From Piromyces finnis finn (taxonomy: Eukaryota; Fungi; Neocallimastigomycota), in contig MCFH01000099.1 in assembly GCA_002104945.1 (NCBI GenBank), positions 1-64,000 of the forward strand: a stretch of 64,000 nt of DNA, read 5' to 3'. Positions 1 to 13,594 of the stretch are shown here, piece by piece. The notes under the pieces were generated by a model. That model was not told the origin of the DNA, did no database searches, and worked only from the letters and a program-made list of their open reading frames with translations. The stretch's first letter is position 1. Each line of letters begins with the position of its first letter. The position numbers and the translations under genes are program-made.

Positions 1-1793
1 CTACCAGAACCAGTAGATGGAAGAGTCTTAGAAGAGGAAGTAACTGGGAGAGTCTTACCAGAGGAAGTGACTGGGAGAGTCTTACCAGAGGAAGTGACTG
101 GGAGAGTCTTACCAGAGGAAGTGACTGGGAGAGTCTTACCAGAGGAAGTGACTGGGAGAGTCTTACCAGAGGAAGTGACTGGGAGAGTCTTACCAGAGGA
201 AGTGACTGGGAGAGTCTTACCAGAGGAAGTGACTGGGAGAGTCTTACCAGAGGAAGTGACTGGGAGAGTCTTACCAGAGGAAGTGACTGGGAGAGTCTTA
301 CCAGAGGAAGTAACTGGGAGAGTCTTACCAGAGGAAGTAACTGGGAGGGTCTTACCAGAGGAAGTAACTGGGAGGGTCTTACCAGAGGAAGTGACTGGGA
401 GAGTCTTACCAGAGGAAGTGACTGGGAGAGTCTTACCAGAGGAAGTGACTGGGAGGGTCTTACCAGAGGAAGTGACTGGGAGGGTCTTACCAGAGGAAGT
501 AACTGGGAGGGTCTTACCAGAGGAAGTAACTGGGAGGGTCTTACCAGAGGAAGTAACTGGGAGGGTCTTACCAGAGGAAGTAACTGGGAGGGTCTTACCA
601 GAGGAAGTAACTGGGAGGGTCTTACCAGAGGAAGTAACTGGGAGGGTCTTACCAGAGGAAGTAACTGGGAGGGTCTTACCAGAGGAAGTAACTGGGAGGG
701 TCTTACCAGAGGAAGTGACTGGGAGGGTCTTACTAGCATTATTAGTTACTGGGAGAGTCTTACCAGAGGAAGTGACTGGGAGAGTCTTACCAGAGGAAGT
801 GACTGGGAGAGTCTTACCAGAGGAAGTGACTGGGAGAGTCTTACCAGAGGAAGTGACTGGGAGAGTCTTACCAGAGGAAGTGACTGGGAGAGTCTTACCA
901 GAGGAAGTGACTGGGAGAGTCTTACCAGAGGAAGTGACTGGGAGAGTCTTACCAGAGGAAGTAACTGGGAGAGTCTTAGCAGAAGAAGAAACTGGGAGGG
1001 TCTTAGCAGAAGAAGAAACTGGGAGGGTCTTAGCAGAAGAATTACCAGCATTGCTGTTACCACTACCAATATAAACCTTAGCGTATGGGAAATCAGCAGT
1101 ACCACTAGTACCAGAACCAGTACTACCAGCTTCACCTAAAACCTTAGCTTCGTGCATCTTACCAAGCTTCATACCAAGCTTTTCCCATTGTTGGAAGTGA
1201 GCAGTAATATCAATAGTACCACAGTCACGAGCTTGTTGACGAATACTGAAGAATTGCTTGAATTGAGTATCACCATCAATAGATGGACCGTAACGAGTGT
1301 TTTCGTAAACAGTGTAAGTAGCACCATCAATAACGAAATCACCATGCTTCTTGTTACCAACCCAATCTCCTGGACGCCATTGACTGAGCCAGTTATCAAC
1401 AATGTAATATTCTACAAGTGGGTTTCTACTCCAACCGTAAATACCAACATAGGAGTAATCAACGTTTTGAATGTTTTGCTTAACAAGCTTGAAATCAGCG
1501 TACATGTGACCAAGTTGATCGTGGGTCTTAGTACTATCGAATGAAAGACCAGTACGACATAAATAATCCTTAGCATTTTGGAAAGTACAAGAGAATGAAC
1601 CATCAGAATAGAAAGTAGCACTGTTGTTACCACTATCAGCCCATAATTCATAACCAACACTTCCAATAGTACCTACCTTGTTGGAAGTAACCTTAACACT
1701 TTGTCCAGAGTGACTAGAACCTGAACAGAAACTTTGTCCAGCTACTAAAGAAGTAGCTAAAGATAAAATTGAAGTAAGTGTAACAAATTTCAT
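1..1793 (-). CDS. Secreted GH11 endo-1,4-beta-xylanase (Neocallimastix XynA-like catalytic domain) followed by a very long Ser/Thr/Pro linker; 3' end lies beyond the left window edge
   Basis: Manual translation from ATG at 1793: MKFVTLTSILSLATSLVAG (signal peptide) QSFCSGSSHSGQSVKVTSNKVGTIGSVGYELWADSGNNSATFYSDGSFSC...YGWSRNPLVEYYIVDNW...RYGPSIDGDTQFKQFFSIRQ...KVLGEAG. The GH11 catalytic Glu motifs PLVEYY and GEAG are present, and there are no introns. The frame stays open through the repeat to position 1. Absent from the ORF track because no stop lies in the window. Confidence 0.96.
   Translation of the reverse strand, partial: MKFVTLTSILSLATSLVAGQSFCSGSSHSGQSVKVTSNKVGTIGSVGYELWADSGNNSATFYSDGSFSCTFQNAKDYLCRTGLSFDSTKTHDQLGHMYADFKLVKQNIQNVDYSYVGIYGWSRNPLVEYYIVDNWLSQWRPGDWVGNKKHGDFVIDGATYTVYENTRYGPSIDGDTQFKQFFSIRQQARDCGTIDITAHFQQWEKLGMKLGKMHEAKVLGEAGSTGSGTSGTADFPYAKVYIGSGNSNAGNSSAKTLPVSSSAKTLPVSSSAKTLPVTSSGKTLPVTSSGKTLPVTSSGKTLPVTSSGKTLPVTSSGKTLPVTSSGKTLPVTSSGKTLPVTSSGKTLPVTNNASKTLPVTSSGKTLPVTSSGKTLPVTSSGKTLPVTSSGKTLPVTSSGKTLPVTSSGKTLPVTSSGKTLPVTSSGKTLPVTSSGKTLPVTSSGKTLPVTSSGKTLPVTSSGKTLPVTSSGKTLPVTSSGKTLPVTSSGKTLPVTSSGKTLPVTSSGKTLPVTSSGKTLPVTSSGKTLPVTSSGKTLPVTSSGKTLPVTSSGKTLPVTSSGKTLPVTSSGKTLPVTSSGKTLPVTSSSKTLPSTGSG
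13..1044 (-). repeat. Coding tandem repeat, 27-bp unit (~38 copies), encoding (TSSGKTLPV)n linker
   Basis: Plus-strand unit ccagaggaagtgactgggagagtctta repeated. There is one 30-bp variant (KTLPVTNNAS, ~721-750) and three SSSAKTLPV variants next to the catalytic domain. Confidence 0.97.
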
Positions 1794-3780
1794 TTTTATT
1801 TCTATTTTTATTTTTCAAATCAATTTTCAAATTTAATATTTTTTATTCACCAGTGAATAAATAAATTTTTATTTTATTATTTGATGATAAATAAAAATGA
1901 CAATTGTTTAAAATTGTGGGAAATTTTTATTCTTATATACTTTTTTTTTTATTATTAATACAATGAAGATCTATCGAATTTTAATATAATTTTAATATAT
2001 ATAGTAATAATTCATAATAATTAAGGTTTTAATATAAAACATTTAAGAATTTTTTTATCAACTTTAATATATAAAAATTAATTTTACAAAAAATTTCCAT
2101 TGTATAGAATATGAACTTTAATAAATATAAAAAGCATAAAAAGTAGTACAGTATAGTACTACATAATATGTTTATATTTAATATTGTTGAAAATTAAATT
2201 TGAACATATAATATTTAAAATTTGACTATTATTTATTAATCTAAAGAATAATGGAATTTAATTAATAATTAATATATATAATATTAAATAATCTGTAATA
2301 TTATGAATAACGTAATATTAATATGCGTAAAACTTTGTAAAACATACAAAATAAATAGGTTTATAAATTAAAAAATAAGTTTATCATATTTGTCCTAAGT
2401 TAGTTTATCATTATTATATCTATTATATCATAATAATATTTTTTTCATTACTATTATTATTATTCTTTTTAAAAAAAATTATAAAATGAAATAAAATTTT
2501 ATATAAAAACTATTAATAGATAATTATAGTATTTTCATTATTATTTAAAATTATTAAATATAAATTTCCCTTTACAATAAAAATCTAAAAAGGTGAAAAT
2601 AAAAATTGGAATTCTTATTTATATTTTTAAAAATTAAGAGTTTTTTAAACTTTATCCATATATATTCATATTAATGTCAAAATATTTTATTAATAATTAG
2701 CTTTTAAATGTTTTTTTTTTTTATTTATTTTTGATTCATAATTTAAAGTTTTACTTTAAAACTTTATTTTATATTTAATCTTATATTAAAAAATAGTAAT
2801 AAATGTTTATACACATTAAATATAATTTTAATAGTATAAAAAAAATATTGTTTTTTTTTTTCTACCGACGATAAACCTTGTGAATAAGTTGAATAATGGC
2901 AATATTAATTGTTAAATGAAAAGTTAAATCATTTTAATGTTTTGATACTCCTTTAATTAATAGTATACAATAGCTATACAATAGCTATACATACATGAAA
3001 TATTTCATTTATTATTTATTTGAATTTATATCAAATATTTTCTATAATTATCATAAATAATTAGATAATAAGATATTTATAAGGGAATATAATAAAGATA
3101 ATAAATAAACTTTTTTTTTTGTTTGTTTATAAATATAATTATATGAAAAATAATTCCATAAAAGATAATAAAATTATAAAATTATCTTTGTTTTAGTAAT
3201 GACTAACTATAAAAATACAATTGGAAATTATCCACTTAAATAGTATTATAATAAAAATAGGCAATTGAATATTTATTTATGGTAACAAATAATAATTTAT
3301 TAAATTATAACAGAGTATAAATAGAATTATTATTAAATATAATTACGCTTAAATTAATAATTCTTTTTCTAAAAATAGCTTTCCTTTGTTTTTAAAAAAA
3401 AAAATAAATTAGGTTAAATGTATCTTAATACTAATTAAAATTTTAATCAATTATTACAATGTAAAAAATAATGATAATAATAACAAACAATAGAATTAAA
3501 TATTATATTTGTTTTTATTTATTGTTTAGTTAGCATATTATATTTATATTTAATTATTTAATTATATTTAATATCATTAATAATTATTACTGATGTTGAA
3601 TTTTATATTTTATTATAGAAAATTTAATTAATATTATAAACTTTTTAAATCGTATCCGTAATAATATTATATAATCATATGTTATAATGTTATTGTTCTA
3701 TTATACTTGTTTTAGTTCTGTTTTTATAGTTTTTATATACATTCTTTCTTAATTTATATTAATATAATATCAATATCTAA

Positions 3781-3911
<131 letters not shown>

Positions 3912-4424
3912 CTATATTTATTATATTTATTATGGATAGAATTATTTTTTTTTTTATAATGAACAATATATTGATATATTTTAGATTATTTATACATATC
4001 TTTGTTGTTAATCTCATGTTTAAAAAAAAAAAAAAAAAAAAAAAAAGGGAATCTATAGTAAATGAAAGTAACAAAAATAAATAGATGCTTTTTCAAAAAC
4101 TTTAATATCTTATTATATGAATCAAAATAATATTCAAAAATAAAAATAATAATAAAATAAAAAAAAAAAAAAGGGAAATTATATGCATTATACACTATTC
4201 ATTTATAAAATAAAATTATTAAAAAAAAAAGTAGTAGGGCTTGAGCAAACATTTTTTATAAAATAAATATTAAAGTTAAATAGTTTATACTTTTTTTTCT
4301 TTCTTTCTTATTAATATTTCTATAATATCCCTTTTTCAATCTTTATAATTGAAATGTTATTATTTTCTTGGTTTATTTAATAAAAAGAAAAAAAAAGGGG
4401 GGAATTGATGAAGACAAGAAACAT

Positions 4425-5982
4425 TTATTTGTATCCTATATATAAATATGAAATAGAACATATTATTTAGTTAATATTGGTATAAAAATATGTAACACAT
4501 GTAGCTTATATAAATAAAGAATCTACCTGGCATACCCATCATCATATTGGTATTATTTGGATTCCCTGGTATATTTTGTGGTTGATTCATAAGACCATTC
4601 ATTGGTGATATTTGATTATTCATATTTACATAGTGAGAACCATAATTCATTGCAGCAGCATTTGATTCCATTGACATCATCCAATTAGAGTTCATATTAT
4701 TATTGACTTGAGGCGGTAAATTCATTCCATTTATATTTTGATTATGCATTGGGAAATTAGATGGCATTTGACCATTAGTTTGATTCATATTTGGCATCAT
4801 ATTTTCAGTATTCATACCATTCATGGTGTTTATTTTATTCATATTATTTAATGAGTTCATAGAATTCATATTATTTAATCCTTCCATATTATTAATACTG
4901 TTATTCATGGTATTAATACTATTCATACTATTCACTGAATTTATTTTTGACATTTGCTGTTGGTTCTCCATTATGGATTGATAATTAGTTGAATTTATTT
5001 TATTATCTAATTGCTCATCTTTTATTTAAAAATAAAAAATAAAAATAAAAATAATAAAAAAGAAAGAAAAAGAAAATTAATTTTAACATTCTAGACTTAT
5101 ATATTTTTCGTTTTGATGATTATGCATGGTTTTACTTTGTTTTTGTTTTTTCTATTTATTATTTTTATCAATAGTGTAATTTTTACTTACTTATAGTATA
5201 TGGATTATAAACGACACTATTACTTCTATCTTCTAAAAGAGCATAGTATAATGTACATTCTGTTTTAACTTGTTTTAATGATATTGGATCATAAATGATA
5301 TAAACACCTTTTTCATAACCATCACCCTTTAATACAACATCGTTTCCTGGCTCTTTTGAAAACCATAAACTATACTTTTTATGATATCTCCATTTTCTAT
5401 TAAATAATTCTTGAGCTGCTGCTTCTTGGAAATAGGTTTGTGGCATATTATAAAACATATAGAATAAAATTTCTTCACTGAATCTAGTAATTTTTGATAA
5501 AGCTGAAAATGGTTTCTGTTGAACTTTATAACATTCAGGTAATTTAAAATTAGTTTTTGTATTTATCATTGGTGAATTTGAAAATGGTGATCCAAATGTA
5601 GAATAAAATTTTCTTTATCAAAATAAATAATAAATCGAAATAAAATGCATATATATATATATATATATAAAAAGAAAATAGGACATTCAATTAATAATTG
5701 AAATATATATTGATATGAATATTGAAATTTTAAATTAATAACATACTCATCACTATTAAAATCAAATCCTAAAAATTTTAAATCATTTCCTTTAACTAAA
5801 ATGTCTGCATTTGGAGATTTAAATATATCTAACAATCCCACCATTCCATAGCGATTATCTTCTTTTGTTTTCTTATTTTCTTCTTTGGCTATTGGGTTTT
5901 CATTTTCACCTGGATTTGTTGATGTTGATGGATTGGGTGGTTGTTCAATTTTCTCTGTTTCAGTTGGATTATTAGCGTTCAT
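4425..5982 (-). CDS. NOT2: CCR4-NOT complex subunit NOT2 (NOT2/3/5 domain) with an N/M/Q-rich C-terminal extension; about 4 exons
   Basis: RYGMVGLLDIF...GNDLKFLGFDFNSDE joined via a GT-AG intron (5746-5613) to KFYSTFGSPF...KITRFSEEILFYMFYNMPQ..QEAAAQELFNRKWRYHK (NOT-box). A phase-1 intron after 'ATA A|gtaagt' links to the N/M-rich exon (~5020-4527), and a last mini-exon ends G-Y-K-stop at 4425. An upstream exon is possible. Confidence 0.88.
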
Positions 5983-6553
5983 TGTCGCAAAATTATCCTG
6001 ATGAATTGTAATAAATAAGTCAAAAAATATAGTAGCTTTTTATTCGATTATGCATATTTGTGTGGATAAAATAATAAAATTAATTAAAAATTAATATAAA
6101 TATTTTATAAGGTTTGTCAATGGTAATATCAATGTATTAATTATAAAGAAAATAATATTAAATATTAATTTGTAATGTTTGTCAATATAATATTTTATCT
6201 TTTCAATTCTTTCTTTTAGTAAAAATAAAGAAGAAGCAACAACGATACTAATAATAAAAATATAAATAGAATTTTATTGAGGAAACATTAAATATTATTG
6301 TTTTTATTTTTGTATAATAATTATTTATATTCTGAAAAAGCATACAATGAATAATTTTCTAAAAATTAAAGAAAAGAATTAATATTTCAAATTTTTATTT
6401 TTCAATTATATGTATTTATATTATAAAACAATGTTTCAATTTATTAATTCTTAATTTGTTGTTTCTCACATATATTGTATATATAAATTTCATATATTTT
6501 TACTGATGAAAAAAACATTTATGTTTAAACATTAATAATAATAATAATAATAC

Positions 6554-6590
<37 letters not shown>

Positions 6591-8707
6591 TATTATAAAA
6601 AGCATAATATCATTAAGTAATACATCATGTAATAAATGGAAATTCTATTATTTCATTAACTATGAATTTTATAATGGTATTAAAAAAAAAAAACATTAAT
6701 AATTTAATACATTCTACAGATGGTTCAGCTCTTTCTGTTCTTCTGCTTGTATAATATGTTATAATTAAATAAAAATAATATATTTTTTAATTACACATAA
6801 ACATTAATTATTTTAATAATTATGTAACGATAATATCCAATCAAATATGTAAATAATGGATTTTCAATACATTTTCAAAAATAATTGCAATGTATATCTA
6901 ACCCTTTATATTAAAAACATAACCTTTAATATGTCCTTTTGAAAAGGTATTGTTCAGTTTAGTTAACTACGAATAGAAAAGTATAGGTATTTTAATAAAC
7001 TAATAAATTATTTGTTAAGACTTTCTCTTCATTTATATCAGAAGAAGAATAATATCTAATAATCTCTAAAATAATAATTATGCTTTATTTTTTTTAATAA
7101 ATTTGCATTTATTTATAAATCTGGCAAATGTTAACTTTACTAATGATGTCGTACAAGTTTTTTAAAATTTCAGTTGTTAGATTTAATATCAAACCACTAA
7201 TATAAATTGTAGTAAAAATCATTTAACAAGCATTACTAAGCTATCTTTTATATTATTTTAAAATATTTGCTTCGTTTTTTTCTTCTTTTTTTTTTCTTTC
7301 TGTTGTTTTTACTTTATTCAAAAATGAAAATAATGAAAATAAAAATTCATTAAATTTTAAATTTTCTTAATTACAAAATTATATTTATAATATATTCCTT
7401 TTAAGAAATTTCTAATCTATAACTTTAACTTTTAAATAATATTAAAAACATTTTATATATCTTATAAAATATAATGAAATTTTAATAATTGTAATAATCT
7501 CGTTACAAATAATATTAGTCATTTTAATAGAAATAATAATAACTTTTAAATAACATTAAAACATTTACATGTGTAAGTATCTAGTTATCAAATACTCTTA
7601 ATTATCACTATTACATTTTATAATATTAATAATAATAGTTGTAAGAATATTATGAATAAATTAATTTATTAAGAATAGTAATATAAATAATATAAGTCAC
7701 ATATTTCTATAGTTAGTAATATTATGCTTAAAAAAAAATGATGCTTTTAAGCGCTAAAGTATTGTTAATTATAAATATAATTTCATATTTATTAATAAGA
7801 ATGTTAAATACTCTTAACAGACACATTCACAGATCAATCATGATTTATTTTAGTGTGAAATAGGTTTGATTTTATAAACTATGAAAATTGATTTCATTAA
7901 TATAAAGTTTTATATGAAAGATTTTAATTTAATAATGATTACAATTTCATCTATAAATATATTATATATATTTGTATGTACTTGAAGAAAAATTAGGAAT
8001 ATTGTTAATACTAAATAAATAATGTCTAAATAAATTATTATAATTATATCATTTATCATTTTTTGTTTGTTTGTTTTCTTAATTAATTGTACTATGAAAC
8101 CTTCAATGTACGATATTTTTAATTATCATAAATGAAAATTTAAAAAATGTCAATATATAATAATATAACAAAATATTTGTTATTTTAGTTGATGTTATTT
8201 GTAGATTTCATTTTAAGTTTTTTATTTTGACATAATATGTTTCATCAATAATTTTTTCGGTTAAAAATTTGTTACTATAGTTTTATTATTTAATTCACTA
8301 TGTATATATATTTTAATACTATGTACTTTTTAAGTTTATTTCAATGTTAATCTTTTATTAAAACATAGATATATTTTTATTCAAATTTATTTATATTTGT
8401 ATTTTTATTACTTTTTTTTTTTTTTATATTTGGATTTGAAAATATCCTATAAAACAAATTAGTTTATTAATATTATATAAATTTTAAGTTATAAATCATA
8501 AAAAATTTAAAATATATGTTCAAAATATAAAATTTAAATTAGTAGTTTGTTTCAATAAAGAAAATGCGCTATTTATATTAGTTTAATAATTGAACTTGCT
8601 ATATAATAAGATGAATAGTGTAGAATCTAAATGAATTTCCAATTTACAATTTATCATATTATAAATAAATATGAAATAAGATGTGGTAAAAAGTTATATT
8701 CGTATAC

Positions 8708-8754
8708 TAATGGAACTTATATATATATATAGTATATATATATAAGTTCCATTA
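8708..8754. repeat. Near-perfect inverted repeat (about 22-bp arms)
   Basis: TAATGGAACTTATATATATATA...TATATATATATAAGTTCCATTA. Confidence 0.8.
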
Positions 8755-10830
8755 ATAAATTAAATGCTATTTAGAATAATAATTTAGGCATTAATAAATA
8801 ACTAAACTTATATATATATTAATTTTATGTATAAATCATATTATATAAATAAAAATATTAATATTGTAGTATAGTAAGTATTAAGATAACTTTTAAATGT
8901 TTATATAGAGTGATTTAAAATAAAAATTTATATATTCTTAATAATAATAACAATAATAATTATTGTTAATAATAATAGTAATAAAAGTTCAGAATATTTC
9001 TTTGCTTTTTTATGTACAGTGGATTAGATTATTTTTAAAACTATTTGAATGTCCCTTACTATTTTATTGGCTGAAATCATTTATTGTACTACATTTAGTT
9101 TTAAATGAATTGTATATTAAAAGTAATTAAATTTATTTTATCTTTGTATAATGTTTTTATTATTAAAATATTAAATATAGATTTATAATATATTTTAATT
9201 ATAAATTATTTGATAAAACAATCATTCCATATATTATCAATATATTAAATATATTGATTATAAATTGATAGACAAACTTTGAAATATATTATTTTCTACT
9301 ATTAATCTTTTAATTAATTCTTGTAGAATATAAAAATAAATAAACGAATAAATAAATATTAAATAAATAAATAATTATAATTTTTTAACAAATAAATAAA
9401 TAAATAATATACTAATCCTATATGAATTTATCTATTTATTACTTATTTTATTCATTAATATACTTTAATTATTTATGTAAATAATATATTATTTATTCAT
9501 TTATAAATTTATTGTAACTTTTTTTTTTATTTATTTAATAAGATTATTTATAATTATTATTACAATTTTTTTTTTTTTAGTTCAAAAACCTTTTTCTTTT
9601 TCTATTTGATAATTATAACCAATTTTTATATATTTTTTATTTTTTCTTTTAAAGTTTTTATATTTTTAGAAATTTTAAAAGGAAAAAGAATAAAAAACAA
9701 AAGAAAAAGGAATTGCAATAAAACTAGTATTTTCTATTTTAAAAGAAGAAATAAAAATATAAAAGAAAGTAGTATTGATTAAAATTTAAAAAGTATAAGG
9801 AATTAAAACTACTTTTTTATACAATATAATAAAATTAAAATAAAACAAACAAAACAATAATATTAATAATACTAATAATACTAAAAATAATACTAATAAA
9901 AAGGATACAAAAAAAAAAAAAAAAAAAAAAAATAAAAGAGCATAAAAATTAAATAAAATATAAATAATCTCAAAGTATGATGAAAAATTAAAAAGTTTTA
10001 ATATAAAAAATAAAAGTGAAAATAAAAACCAAATAAAATATAGAACAAAATCTGAATAAAAAATAAAACATTTATTACTTAACAAAAAAACAACAACAAT
10101 TAATAGTAATAAATAAATAAAAAATAATAACAACAATTAATATAATAGAATTTAAAAACCAAGAATACTTTTTATATATCTTCGATCATTTTCGAGAACT
10201 TCTTATGTAATGAAATACTTAATATAAAAATCCAATAATAAAACATTAGAAATATTAAATAATAGATTTATTTGAGAATTTCTTGAAACACAAGTCATTT
10301 TTTTTTATTTAATTAAAGTAATAATTGGTAATCTAATCCATCTTTATAAAGATTAAGCATAATCACGCATTAAAATTAATATAAGCATTACAACTAATAT
10401 AAATAATATTAATATAACATTTTTTTTATTTTTTTTTTTGAGAATATCAATTATTAATAATTAAATTTAATTTTATCTTTGTATAGAATTAAATAGCCTT
10501 CCTATATCAACAAATATTAATTATTTCATAATTTAAATTATTTATTTATTTATTATTTTTTTTTTCAATTACTTTTGAAAAACTTTTTTTTTATTTTATT
10601 TTATTGATTTTCTTTCATGAAATTATTTAGTACTAATTAGAAATAAATCTTGAAAGAAAATACATAATAAAATAAAAAATAATTTTAAGTAATCAAATAA
10701 AAAGTAAATTATTATAAAATACGATATAATATCAATATATTTTTATTTTTTCCATTTTTTTCTTTTAAAGCATAAGAATATAAAAACAGTTATATAATCT
10801 AAGTAATTATTATTATAAAGATAAATTAAT

Positions 10831-12676
10831 ATGAAAATGAAGTTTTTTAAACTATTGACTTTATTTGCAGTAACAATTGTACAAGGGGCACGAGTTTTAA
10901 ATTTTACTCAGTATGATGCAGAATGGGTTAAAGGTAAATATATAAAAGTTAAATGTAATTAAATATTAATTTTTATTTTAAAATAAAATTTCCATTATTA
11001 GTTATTATGAAATTTATACTAATTTTCAAACTAATTGGTAATGATAGGAAAAGATTATAATATTCAATATTCATATTTAGAAGAACCAACTTTTTCAAAT
11101 TTCCAAATTAGATTATATAATTCCACAAAATCCATAGAACTTAAAGAAATCTCAACAAGTGATTATAGCGAAAAGGATATTCATTCAGTTACACTTTCAT
11201 ATCCAGAAGCTATAACAGGAAGATATAAAATTGTTGGGTTATCAGAAGGTGAAGAAATATCAAATAATTTCTCAGTGAAACTTGTATTGAAAGGTATATT
11301 AAGTTATATTCATTCTTTTTATTATTATTTTTAATAGAAGAACTAAACAATTTTTTAATTTATGTATATTTTTTAAAAAAATATAGCATCCCCAACCACA
11401 ACTTCAACTCCAAGTTCAACTACAATAAATGAAAGTTCTACCCAAACAACCGATACCAATACTAATACCAATGCAAATAAAGATAAAAAGGAAAATGATA
11501 GTAATACATGGAAAACTATTGCAATTATTGTATTAGTATTAGCTGTACTTCTTATTTTATCCATATTAGGTTTTGTTTTATATAGACGGTATAAAAATAA
11601 TAAGAAATATGAAGAAGAAGCTAATACTAGTATTTGGAAAGTTCCAATTTCCGAGAAATCAATGATTGCTAGTAACAGAGGTGTTAATGTTTATTCAGTC
11701 CCAAATGCTTCAGTGACCGAAAGAGATCTTTCATTTTCTTCTGATCTTGATGGGTTTTATTCTTACAGTTCTCAAGTTAGAAATCCAGATTATTTTACAT
11801 CAAGTATGGGTTATAGGGAAAGAAAAGAAAGAACCAAAAGTGTTTATTCTTATTCTACTAATGTTACTAAAGCAAGTAACAATATCTTAGATATTCTTTA
11901 TCCAACTATGGAAAAGAAAGAAAAGGAAAAATCACTTCATGAAAAGTCTGAAGTTAGTATTGATCTTGGTCATTCTCATTCTCAAAAAAGTGCAGGAAAG
12001 AGAAAAAAACATAATAATACTATTAGTAATGGTCAATTAAGAAATCCAAGATCTAGAAGTACAGAAAGAGGTAAATCCTATCCTGAGGCTCGTGCTAGAA
12101 GCAACTCTTTTAAGGCTAATGCTATTGCAACTAGGAAGAGTAGAGTTTCTTTAGCTGAAAGTGAAAATGCTATTCTTAGTAAAAAGAGTAAGGCTTCTCT
12201 TAGTGAAAATGAAAAAAATACACATATGCTCAACCAAATCAATGAAAATGATGGTGACATTTCTTTAAATAATATTAATACTTCCCCAAGCGTACAAAAA
12301 AATGATGAAGCTTTAATAAATACTCCAGAATATTACATTAAACATACCAAATTAAATAAGAAATATATTGCATTATGCAATTTCAAGCCAAAATTAACAG
12401 ATGAAATGAGTATTACCAAAAACGATATTATAGTTATTCATGAAGTATTCACTGTAAGTATTAAGCTTATGATTAACATTTTTTTTTAATGAAAGAAAAA
12501 GAAAATAAAAAAAGAAAATCGGTAGACAATGTAATATATATTCATTATGAGAATTTTATACTCATATTTTTTATTTGTATTTAATATTTTTTTAGGATGG
12601 TTGGGGTTTAGGTAGAAATATAACTACAGATAAAGAAGGTTTATTACCATTAAATTGCTTAAATATAGAAGCTTAA
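10831..12676 (+). CDS. Type I membrane protein: signal peptide, small extracellular domain, S/T stalk, TM helix, long cytosolic region, C-terminal SH3 domain; 4 exons
   Basis: MKMKFFKLLTLFAVTIVQGA (signal peptide); exon GKDYNIQYSY...; TM TIAIIVLVLAVLLILSILGFVLY-RRYK; SH3 motif YIALCNFKPKLTDEMSITKNDIIVIHEVFT|DGWGLGRNITTDKEGLLPLNCL, joined across a GT-AG intron (gtaagt...tttag). Confidence 0.85.
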
Positions 12677-12916
12677 AAAAAAAAATCTTCGTTTTCTCTT
12701 TATTTATTTTTAGTTATAATTTTTTTTTTTAATTTTTTTTTTTTTTTAATAATAATAAAAAAAAAAAACATACTATTTTGTATTTTTTAAATAATTTCTA
12801 TCTAATATTAAAAACTAAATAATAAAATAAAATCTAAAGTTTGAAAAAAGCAAAGCAAACAAACAAACAAACAAACAACCAAAAAAAAAAAAAAAAAAAC
12901 CATAAAGAATAAATAA

Positions 12917-12949
<33 letters not shown>

Positions 12950-13594
12950 ACAACAATGAAAAAAAGTAAACAATAAATAAAATAAACAAATAAACAATAA
13001 CAACAACAATAATAATATAATAAAAATAAAATAAAAATAAAAATAAGAAAAATATAAATGGAAAAGGTTGTAATAAAAACAAATTTAGTATAATTATAAA
13101 ATATATATATAAAATATATCTTTTATTATATTCTTTTTTGTTTATGATTTTAATAGACTAAGAAATACTTTTTTTTATTTTTTGTTATTATTAAAATTAT
13201 TATATAATAGTTATTATTAGTAAAGTTGATGCATACATTTTTTTTTTCTCCATATATATGAATTATAAGTATATAAAATTTACACATTTGTAAATTTATA
13301 TATTTAAAGTGTGTGGGTTTCATTTTGGATGGGTATAGGGCAATAGAAATGTTATTTTTATGAGGATATCCAAGTATGATATTGATTTTACAATAAAGTT
13401 TAATATAGATGAGAAATACAAGTATATTTTCGAAACTTATAATCTTTTATCTGGTAACCTAGGTTTAATTGTACACATTTTATCTTTGAATTGATATTAT
13501 CTACACATCATCAATTCGAATTACTATTTTTATTTTAATGACAGCAAAATTTTTACTAAATTATTTAATCAAATTTACAATTTTATTTTTTTTT

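Noticed and set aside
67-1544. Plus-strand ORFs (TGRVLPEEV)n and 1152-1544, and minus-strand alternative-frame ORFs at 746-1666
   Set aside because: Shadows of the GH11 gene and its repeat. The true frame has a signal peptide and catalytic motifs.
6700-7250. Slightly less AT-rich stretch with short coding-like segments
   Set aside because: Stops in all frames and no recognisable motif, so it cannot be supported as a gene or element.
9786-13082. F/L/I/Y-rich ORFs (also 3986-4195, 38006-38350, 53726-53959, 55389-55672, 56897-57088)
   Set aside because: Translations of homopolymers and microsatellites in AT-rich non-coding DNA.
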